A stretch of DNA of 5,794 nt from an archaeon (GTDB taxonomy: Archaea > Asgardarchaeota > Thorarchaeia > Thorarchaeales > Thorarchaeaceae): the NCBI GenBank assembly GCA_024275415.1, contig JAJRZD010000126.1, forward strand, positions 1 to 5,794, written 5' to 3'. Position numbers and translations under genes: made by a program. A model generated the notes under the pieces. It made no database searches, was not told the DNA's origin, and saw only the letters and a list, made by a program, of their open reading frames with translations. Below are positions 1-5,794 of this stretch, piece after piece. How positions within the stretch are numbered: position 1 is the first letter of the stretch; each line of letters starts with the position of its first letter.

Positions 1-2
1 AC

Positions 3-233
3 AACGTCACCATGCTGGTGAACGACACGTCAGGCAACACAGCTACAGCCATGGTGTACCTCACCGTGACAGGGGCTCCGACAACCGGAACTGACACCAG
101 TACTGAGACTGACACAGGTACTGGGACTGGTGGGGAAACACTCCCACTACCTGACAACTTCCTGTTGATTGTCGCCATCGTAGCCGTGGGACTTGTCATC
201 ATCGTCGTCATCGTCATGACAAGAAGGAAATAG
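3..233 (+). CDS. C-terminal fragment of a membrane-anchored cell-surface/extracellular protein (5' end outside the window)
   Basis: The frame is open from the left edge (NVTMLVNDTSGNTATAMVYLTV, a beta-rich Ig-like terminal strand with N-glycosylation sequons NVT and NDT). A Thr/Gly-rich linker, one hydrophobic helix (FLLIVAIVAVGLVIIVVIVM) and a basic tail RRK follow, then tandem TAG TAG. ATG 12 is probably internal. Confidence 0.8.
   Translation, partial: NVTMLVNDTSGNTATAMVYLTVTGAPTTGTDTSTETDTGTGTGGETLPLPDNFLLIVAIVAVGLVIIVVIVMTRRK
90..125 (+). repeat. In-frame imperfect 18-bp tandem duplication in the Thr-rich linker
   Basis: actgacaccagtactgag (90-107, TDTSTE) versus actgacacaggtactggg (108-125, TDTGTG), 15/18 identical. 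Confidence 0.6.
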
Positions 234-246
234 TAGTCTAATTCAA

Positions 247-282
247 GAGAACCTCTACTAGAGGTTCTCATCACTTTTTTTT
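247..282 (+). terminator. Hairpin plus oligo-T transcription terminator
   Basis: Perfect 11-bp inverted repeat gagaacctcta (247-257) / tagaggttctc (259-269), starting 13 nt after the stop codon, followed by T8 at 275-282. Confidence 0.75.
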
Positions 283-302
283 GTGAATTTCTATCGCTGA
301 CC

Positions 303-478
303 AGCAGCTGTTCGGTACAACACCTGCTAAATAGGCTCTGTAGAATAATTCGAATGTTGCATAGGACAACAAGGCTCAAATTCAGCCTTGTCACGTTTCA
401 GCCAAATCGAAAGAAAATGGTTCACGATTTGCATCAAACAATTTGTGGACTAGCAGGCTTTTTCTACAAGGCTTGCTA
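303..478 (+). promoter_or_regulatory. Cluster of inverted repeats upstream of the metal transporter (operator array or structured RNA)
   Basis: Stems at 303-312/319-328 (9 of 10 paired), 369-376/384-391 (acaaggct/agccttgt, perfect 8 bp) and 451-461/468-478 (11 bp including 2 G-U). acaaggct recurs at 466-473. Confidence 0.4.
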
Positions 479-479
479 A

Positions 480-1226
480 ATGAATGAACTTATAACAGCA
501 CATGAATCACGGACATCTAGGCAACAATGGGAGTCCGGATTTTCTGTGACTGAGTCCGATGAAGAGAATCAACAGGAATCACAGGTCGAGCCTGTGCATG
601 GACAGGAAGGGCTTTTCTCTCGAGTAAAGCACGCTCTTGAATTGACCGAAGGTGCTGAGATAGCAAGAAGGTATCTAGCAATGAATGCCTTCGATGGGGC
701 ATTGACAATGCTGGGACTTATCCTTGGTGGTCTCATTGCCATGACTGCAAACCCGGGCGAGCAGCTTCTTATCTTTCGTTCTACTGCACTTGCAGCTGTA
801 GGTACAAGTCTTGCTATGGCGATTTCTGGTTTCAGCGGGTCGTATCTGACCGAGAGCGCAGAGCGAGAGCGAGAAGTTGATGAGATTGGAAAGGCGATGC
901 TCAGCGATATAACCAACTCAATGTATGCCAAAGCGACAAAGGTGACCTCTTTGGTGGTCGCCATTGTAGACGGGCTTGCCCCATCGCTAGCAGCCTTGTT
1001 CATCATTATCCCATTGACGCTAGTACCTTTCGGCATCCTTGAGATCCATATAGCATATTACATCGCAATAGGATTGTGCATGGTCTTGCTATTTGCTCTT
1101 GGTCTATTTCTAGGGAATGTTTCAGGAAAGAGCATGTGGAATTATGGCGCAAAGACACTTCTGGCAGGGGTCATTACAGCAATTTTCATGTTCCTTATCT
1201 CATTATTCACAGGTGCTGAGGTATAG
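480..1226 (+). CDS. VIT1/CCC1-family (archaeal short type) Fe2+/Mn2+ transporter-like membrane protein
   Basis: TM1 motif RRYLAMNAFDGALTMLGLILG with the conserved DG, TM2 LAMAISGFSGSYLTE with the conserved Met, an acidic cytoplasmic segment ESAEREREVDE, DGLAP, and about 5 TM helices. The true start may be GTG 546 (MTESDEEN...). Confidence 0.85.
   Translation: MNELITAHESRTSRQQWESGFSVTESDEENQQESQVEPVHGQEGLFSRVKHALELTEGAEIARRYLAMNAFDGALTMLGLILGGLIAMTANPGEQLLIFRSTALAAVGTSLAMAISGFSGSYLTESAEREREVDEIGKAMLSDITNSMYAKATKVTSLVVAIVDGLAPSLAALFIIIPLTLVPFGILEIHIAYYIAIGLCMVLLFALGLFLGNVSGKSMWNYGAKTLLAGVITAIFMFLISLFTGAEV
490..495 (+). promoter_or_regulatory. Candidate archaeal TATA box for the transporter operon
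   Basis: TTATAA preceded by a purine-rich stretch. It would place a transcription start near 515-520, consistent with a GTG start at 546 that has GGGAG at 529-533. Confidence 0.25.
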
Positions 1227-1229
1227 GCG

Positions 1230-2216
1230 ATGTTCGAAGGACTTCCAAGGAAAAAGTTGGCACATCTCCCTACACCACTCCATCGTCTTCCAAATCTTGC
1301 CGATACACTCGGGATTGATGAACTATGGATCAAGCGTGATGACCTTACGGGTCGTTCTATTGGTGGGAACAAAACACGAAAGCTGGAGTTCGTCATCGGA
1401 GATGCACTGGCTCAAGGAGCAGACACGATTGTCACTGTAGGTGGTGTACAAAGCAATCATTGCAGGCAAACAGCAGCGGCAGCCGCGATTGTAGGTATGC
1501 GATGTATCCTTCTTCTTGCAGGGGAGGAGCCCGAGATATCCACAGGGAACCTGCTTCTTGACAAGCTCTATGGTGCAGAGATCAAGTATTTTCCGGATGC
1601 GAATGTCTTGGACATGAACCTGCATCTTGAGGGGATAATGGAAACCTTACGCGACTTTGGTCTGACCCCCTATGCCATCCCCGTTGGTGCTGCATTGCCT
1701 GTAGGCACTATCGGATACGCCCAGGCAATGTTCGAACTGAAGCAACAGATAGAGGAAACCGGTTTCTCGCCTGACAAGATTTTCGTTGCAGCAGGGACCG
1801 GAGGCACACTGGCCGGAATGGTTCTTGGTGCACATGTTGCAGGGGTCGATGCTGAGATAATTGGCGTCAGTGTTCTCTCTCCCGCAGAAACCCTCGTTGA
1901 ACGAACTAGAGACCTCGTCCAGCGGACAGTGGATTCATACCCGCAGTTATTCGAGAAGTTCGATCCCACCATCACCGTGGATGATAGCTTTGTGGGCAAA
2001 GGGTATGGGTTCGTGTCTGATGGCGTGAAGAGCGCTATCGAGATGTTTGCCAAGATGGATGCAGTACTGCTTGACCCAATCTATACCGCAAAGGCGGGAC
2101 TAGCATTGATGCGTATGGCGCTTGCCGGCGACATCGAACGCTCGGCCAATGTGCTTTTCTGGCATACTGGCGGGTCACCCGAGATATTTACTCACGCTGG
2201 AGAATTCTTCATGTAG
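1230..2216 (+). CDS. dcyD: D-cysteine desulfhydrase family PLP-dependent enzyme (ACC deaminase/D-cysteine desulfhydrase family)
   Basis: Motifs LPTPL, IKRDDLTG, GGNKTRKLEF (PLP lysine), GGVQSNHCRQTA, AGTGGT, GYG, LDPIYT and FWHTGG. The Thr residues in DPIYT and HTGG match desulfhydrases, not true ACC deaminases (DPVYE, HLGG). SD-like GAGGT at 1218-1222; the gene starts 3 nt after the upstream stop. Confidence 0.88.
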   Translation: MFEGLPRKKLAHLPTPLHRLPNLADTLGIDELWIKRDDLTGRSIGGNKTRKLEFVIGDALAQGADTIVTVGGVQSNHCRQTAAAAAIVGMRCILLLAGEEPEISTGNLLLDKLYGAEIKYFPDANVLDMNLHLEGIMETLRDFGLTPYAIPVGAALPVGTIGYAQAMFELKQQIEETGFSPDKIFVAAGTGGTLAGMVLGAHVAGVDAEIIGVSVLSPAETLVERTRDLVQRTVDSYPQLFEKFDPTITVDDSFVGKGYGFVSDGVKSAIEMFAKMDAVLLDPIYTAKAGLALMRMALAGDIERSANVLFWHTGGSPEIFTHAGEFFM

Positions 2217-2294
2217 ACGAAGTTATCATCTCACAATATTTGTATAAGCAGTCAGAACTCCAATCACAATTCACTATGACTTGATAAGAGGATG

Positions 2295-2311
2295 TCACAT
2301 AGACTATGAGA
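2295..2311. promoter_or_regulatory. Imperfect palindrome upstream of the methyltransferase (possible operator)
   Basis: tcacatag-a-ctatgaga, with core catag-a-ctatg (2298-2308). It lies next to GGGAG (2313-2317) and TATA-like TATAAATT (2319-2326). Confidence 0.25.
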
Positions 2312-2329
2312 AGGGAGATATAAATTAAA

Positions 2330-3670
2330 GTGCCTCAATACAAACTAGACAAATTTCTCAAAAAAGATGGCCGAGCGATGCAACTGACTGACATTGATTG
2401 GGATATGAAAGATGCTAATACACGAGAGTACACCCATGGAATCCATGTATATCCAGCAAGGATGCTCCCACAGATTGCCCGGATTCTCATAGATCACTTT
2501 TCAGAGAAAGGGGATCTTGTTCTTGACCCATTTTGCGGGTCTGGAACAGTGCTTCTTGAGGCAAGTCTTGCTCAAAGAAAGAGCGTTGGCATTGATATCA
2601 ACCCCCTAGCCACACTGATTGCTCAAGTGAAAACCACCCCGATAGACCCTCAGAAACTGTGGTCTGACCTATCTTTAATCACTGATCTAATTGAAACAAG
2701 GATAGCAAGTGTAAGAGATGGGCAGAAGCCTCCGACCTACGAGTTCGACAATCAAAAACAAATTGACCATTGGTTCAAAAAGGAAGTGCAACGAGACCTA
2801 TCGATAATCAAGAGCGCCTTGGAATCGCTGGCTCAGAGTGATTCTTTGGATTTTTTTAAGGTGGTTTTCTCTGATACTGTAAGAAAGGTAAGCAACACAC
2901 GCAACAACGAGTACAAGTTGTATCGACTTTCAAAGGAGGCACTTGAGGGATATCAGCCAGATACGTTTGGAACCTTTCAGAGTTTCGCAAAAAAGGGTAT
3001 TGATGGCATGACTCGTCTGTATGAACGAGTGAAAGGACTGGAATATCCAGTTCCTCATGTACGAAATGAGAACCTTCTCTCAACAAATCTTGAGAACGAG
3101 AAGTTTGATTTGATGGTGACCAGTCCGCCATATGGTGACAGCCACACCACAGTCGGGTATGGGCAGTTCTCAAAGTTTCCTCTGATTTGGCTTGGTGGTC
3201 AATATTCTCTGAATATCCCGACCTGTGGAAAAATGCTTGGGGGACGGAAACGAGATGATGCACTAATTCCTTCTGATACTTTTCACGAACAGTTAGATAT
3301 GATAAGGAAAAACGACGAAGAACATAAGAACAAAAGGTGGAGAGAAGTTGTTTCGTTCTTTGCTGACTATCAGGACTGTGTGAAACGAGTATTCGATTCC
3401 CTGAAGGAAGGCAAGTATGCCTGTTTTGTTGTTGGGAACAGGACTGTCAGAGAAGTCAGGATCCGAATGGATCTCATCACTACTGAAATAGGGGAATACT
3501 ATGGCTTTAGCCACCATATCACGATTCCAAGAACGATTCCGACAAAACGCCATCCTTTCACACAGAAGCTATATGTGGATCCCAAATGGACTGATGTGTT
3601 CGAACGAAAAACTGCCAAGACTATAGAGAACATTGTGAAAGAGCATATTGTGATTCTACGAAAACAGTAG
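2330..3670 (+). CDS. Type II N4-cytosine DNA methyltransferase, alpha motif order, M.MvaI-like
   Basis: THGIHVYPARMLPQIA (motif X), VLDPFCGSGT (motif I, SAM binding), GIDINPLA, VSNTRNNEYKLYR, VTSPPYGDSHTTVGYGQFS (motif IV SPPY), MLGG, VVGNRTV, RTIPTKR. These blocks match the M.MvaI sequence as I recall it. The start is GTG 2330 or ATG 2378. Confidence 0.9.
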   Translation: MPQYKLDKFLKKDGRAMQLTDIDWDMKDANTREYTHGIHVYPARMLPQIARILIDHFSEKGDLVLDPFCGSGTVLLEASLAQRKSVGIDINPLATLIAQVKTTPIDPQKLWSDLSLITDLIETRIASVRDGQKPPTYEFDNQKQIDHWFKKEVQRDLSIIKSALESLAQSDSLDFFKVVFSDTVRKVSNTRNNEYKLYRLSKEALEGYQPDTFGTFQSFAKKGIDGMTRLYERVKGLEYPVPHVRNENLLSTNLENEKFDLMVTSPPYGDSHTTVGYGQFSKFPLIWLGGQYSLNIPTCGKMLGGRKRDDALIPSDTFHEQLDMIRKNDEEHKNKRWREVVSFFADYQDCVKRVFDSLKEGKYACFVVGNRTVREVRIRMDLITTEIGEYYGFSHHITIPRTIPTKRHPFTQKLYVDPKWTDVFERKTAKTIENIVKEHIVILRKQ

Positions 3671-3778
3671 CAGCGCAGTTGAATCATTGGTGTAGGCACT
3701 CTCATGCAACGGCACTAGGTTTGTTAGAGTTTCGAAGAGCATACGACTGTACACTATGTACCTAAGCATCTGCGCTAT

Positions 3779-3997
3779 TTGGTAATCTATATCCTTTCAG
3801 GCGTCATTCTTACTCTCACAGCACAATTCCCTCCTGCACTAGGACTTGGTCCTATCGCATCCATGCAGTCCATCATTGTTCAGATTTCGATGGTAATTGC
3901 TGGGGTTTTGGTAGTAATGATTCACAAGCCCATGGCAAATCCATTCTCCTCTCAGTGGTCAAGATCCATATATCATCAAAAGATTTTGTCACTATAA
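3779..3997 (+). pseudogene. Short 2-TM membrane protein ORF, possibly a 5'-degraded remnant
   Basis: Two hydrophobic stretches (LVIYILSGVILTLTA and IIVQISMVIAGVLVVMI). It has only a TTG start and no SD. The frame extends upstream to in-frame TAGs at 3725 and 3716. Confidence 0.35.
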
Positions 3998-4007
3998 CAC
4001 AGGCACC

Positions 4008-4042
4008 GTGATGGGATTTTCACTATGGACAATCCCACTCAC
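4008..4042. terminator. Hairpin at the convergence point, overlapping the stop of the minus-strand gene
   Basis: gtga-tgggatt (4008-4018) pairs with aatccca-c-tcac (4031-4042) with one bulge. It spans the TGA stop at 4041-4039. Confidence 0.35.
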
Positions 4043-4479
4043 AAGTATTCATCATATTTCATTTCTGATTGCAGTTGTTTTTGATCCCACAGCTGTAGGA
4101 TGAGAAGCCAGGACAGTCCAATTCCTGCCAAGGAGAATCCCATTCCCAGAAGAGCTGCTAGTTGTACCATTGTGCTATCAAGACTTGCAATGATGAACAC
4201 ATACAGGACTGGGACGGCCCCTGTTGTGTACATCAAGAAAGCTGGAATCATTATGTTCTCAAGTGTTTCTTTTTTGCTGTACATCCAATAGAAGAATAGA
4301 ACCAGAAACAGCTCCATTGGCATGAACAAGATCAGGATGAAGGACGTATAAGATGGAATGCTGGAAGGAGGGGTTTCACTAAATAGCAGGACTGCTGCAA
4401 CTGTGAGTACTATTATATATATCACGTAGAAGACCCCAACAATCTTCGCTGTCCGAAGCTGTACTATACCTGTATTCAT
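4039..4479 (-). CDS. Hypothetical integral membrane protein, about 4 TM helices, 146 aa
   Basis: Four hydrophobic segments with short polar loops. ATG start with GAGGGAGG directly upstream. No family motif recognised. Confidence 0.8.
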   Translation of the reverse strand: MNTGIVQLRTAKIVGVFYVIYIIVLTVAAVLLFSETPPSSIPSYTSFILILFMPMELFLVLFFYWMYSKKETLENIMIPAFLMYTTGAVPVLYVFIIASLDSTMVQLAALLGMGFSLAGIGLSWLLILQLWDQKQLQSEMKYDEYL

Positions 4480-4482
4480 TGT

Positions 4483-4490
4483 CCTCCCTC
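4483..4490 (-). promoter_or_regulatory. Shine-Dalgarno-like site of the 146-aa gene
   Basis: The minus strand reads GAGGGAGG-ACA-ATG. Confidence 0.5.
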
Positions 4491-4555
4491 ATATGGCGTT
4501 AAATGACTATGTGAGAGTCCTGCGCGTAACGAAATAAATATGTCCTCCGCATCTA

Positions 4556-4587
4556 CTTCTCTCTCATATCGGGTACGAGAGGAGAAG
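4556..4587. other. Stem-loop in the divergent intergenic region
   Basis: cttct-ctctc (4556-4565) pairs with gagag-g-agaag (4577-4587): 10 bp with one bulge. Confidence 0.3.
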
Positions 4588-4803
4588 ACACTTTCCTGCT
4601 TGTCTGTTCAGGTCTACCATTCATTTCTACAGCAAGAAACTACCTCTGACAACGAAGAGGACTGCACCTGACTGTCCTTATGCATTCCCAAACCCTCATA
4701 ACTAACGAAACAGAAAGGCAAGTATGTCAAGATAGGCTCCGTCTGTCCTCGACTATTCCACAGGTGTTTACATGTCGCAAATAGAGAAAGCACTATTAGA
4801 TAT

Positions 4804-5742
4804 GTGGGGGCTAAAAGGATAATGGATAGTGATGAACTGCAATTCGCCATTGCTTTTGAAGAGCGCAGGACTGCAGCAACCAAAGAGAAGGTTAGGATTG
4901 TCATTAAGGAGCAATACCGCGAGGCGTTTGACATCTTGGAGGACTGCGAAGCAGCAGGACTCATCCCTGGAATAATCGGCCCCCCCGGTGTTGGCAAGAC
5001 CCTGATACTACGGGCATATGCCGAGAAGAGTGGGCGATTATTCAGCTGGCTCACAGGTGACGAAGGTGTTCGCCCGTCCCATCTGATAGGTTCATTCAAT
5101 CCGGCACTTGTCCTGAAGAAGGGGTTCTCGCTGGAGTCGTTTGACCCTGGCCCGTTGCTCAAGGCTATGGTCTTTGGGGGTGTATTCGGGTTGAACGAGG
5201 GCAACCGACTACCGGAGTATGTCCAGAACTCTCTCCTTGAGCCTTTTGAGGAGCTCTCTGTCAATGTCCAGCGGTTAGGAAGGATAAAGGCACATGAAGG
5301 GTTTTTCCCTGTCATTACAATGAACCCCGAAGAGATGGCTGGTGCTCATCGATTGAGTGAAGCCCTTCGAGATAGGATACGCGTCTGGATTAGACTGGGC
5401 TACCCCAGAAAAGAAACCGAAATCGAGATAGTCAAGGTCAACGCTCCAGAGTACAATCTTAGCGACACGGCTCTGGAAACGATCTATGGCTTGGTATCAG
5501 CGACAAGGAACAGCACAGATATTGAGATTCCTGCATCAATACGTGCTGGTATCTCCATAGCTCGTCTTGCAGCCCAGATGGCAAAGAGGAAGAACCTCAA
5601 GGAGATAGATGCTACTGTTATTTCTGAAGCTGCTACATATGTACTCACGGGAGCACTGAGATTTAGGCCTGGTATCGAACCTGAGCCAGCTGTCAATCAG
5701 CTGGTGCGAAGGGTGATCGGGTCAAGGGGAAGTTCGAAATGA
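4804..5742 (+). CDS. MoxR-type AAA+ ATPase (CbbQ/NirQ/NorQ/GvpN/CoxD-like clade)
   Basis: Walker A GPPGVGKT, helix-2 insert LIGSFNPALVL, PGPL, Walker B region GGVFGLNEGNRL, QNSLL, sensor-1 TMNP, arginine finger EALRDR, and lid motif SIRAG. Alternative start ATG 4822 (MDSDELQF). Confidence 0.88.
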   Translation: MGAKRIMDSDELQFAIAFEERRTAATKEKVRIVIKEQYREAFDILEDCEAAGLIPGIIGPPGVGKTLILRAYAEKSGRLFSWLTGDEGVRPSHLIGSFNPALVLKKGFSLESFDPGPLLKAMVFGGVFGLNEGNRLPEYVQNSLLEPFEELSVNVQRLGRIKAHEGFFPVITMNPEEMAGAHRLSEALRDRIRVWIRLGYPRKETEIEIVKVNAPEYNLSDTALETIYGLVSATRNSTDIEIPASIRAGISIARLAAQMAKRKNLKEIDATVISEAATYVLTGALRFRPGIEPEPAVNQLVRRVIGSRGSSK

Positions 5743-5794
5743 CTCTCTCGCCTAGATATCAGCCTGTTCCAAGTAGTGTGCCAGATTTCGCATA
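5739..5794 (+). CDS. N-terminus of a translationally coupled gene (MTLSPRYQPVPSSVPDFA...), truncated by the window; a vWA-domain partner is expected by context only
   Basis: ATG 5739 overlaps the ATPase TGA (ATGA), AAGGGGA lies at 5724-5730, and the frame is open to the window end. Confidence 0.55.
   Translation, partial: MTLSPRYQPVPSSVPDFA

Noticed and set aside
234-479. Intergenic repeats as a CRISPR array, tRNA or MITE
   Set aside because: No regularly spaced 24-47 bp direct repeats, no cloverleaf and no terminal inverted repeats with a target duplication.
1230-2216. Annotation as ACC deaminase (acdS)
   Set aside because: It lacks the diagnostic Glu (DPVYE) and Leu (HLGG) and has DPIYT and HTGG instead.
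231-3670. Four consecutive plus-strand genes end in TAG, and TAGs interrupt the 3704 frame, suggesting pyrrolysine/amber recoding
   Set aside because: Each TAG falls where the protein family is expected to end (after the basic tail, the last TM helix, the HTGG region and the final methylase strand). The first is doubled and followed by a terminator. TAG behaves as a true stop.
517-3705. Other overlapping ORFs (517-708, 569-1036, 1117-1440, 1142-1396, 1323-1625, 1647-1835, 1670-2053, 2856-3263, 3293-3553, 3499-3705)
   Set aside because: They lie within or opposite motif-supported genes and have no recognisable protein features.
4540-4701. Small ORF with Cys-Thr-TGA (TGA 4669-4671) as a possible selenoprotein
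   Set aside because: No resemblance to any selenoprotein family I know, readthrough adds only 9 codons, and no SECIS-like element was recognised.
331-4742. Near-identical 11-mers ataggctctgt (331) and ataggctccgt (4732) in two intergenic regions
   Set aside because: A 10/11 match is expected by chance among about 1 kb of intergenic sequence.
4980-4986. C7 homopolymer as a phase-variation or frameshift site
   Set aside because: It simply encodes Gly-Pro-Pro of Walker A, and the frame is intact.
4614-5315. 233-aa minus-strand ORF
   Set aside because: Mostly antisense to the conserved ATPase, Ser/Pro-rich and without motifs; a shadow ORF.
4100-5696. ORFs 4100-4291 (+) and 5484-5696 (-)
   Set aside because: Antisense shadows of the 4-TM gene and the ATPase.

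Overview
Archaeal-type chromosomal window. An Asgard/Thorarchaeia-like origin is inferred from protein style only. From left to right it holds: (1) the 3' end of a membrane-anchored cell-surface protein, followed by a hairpin+T8 terminator; (2) a hairpin-rich 246-bp intergenic region; (3) a tightly coupled gene pair encoding a VIT1/CCC1-family metal transporter and a PLP-dependent D-cysteine desulfhydrase-family enzyme; (4) an apparently orphan, lower-GC, M.MvaI-like N4-cytosine DNA methyltransferase followed by a short or broken membrane ORF; (5) a convergent 4-TM hypothetical protein; (6) a divergent MoxR-type AAA+ ATPase with an Asn-Glu Walker B, coupled to a gene that runs off the right edge. 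No RNA genes, CRISPR array or transposase were seen. The best leads are the metal-transporter/H2S-enzyme pair with its structured upstream region and the orphan m4C methyltransferase segment. No wholly new system can be proven from this window alone.
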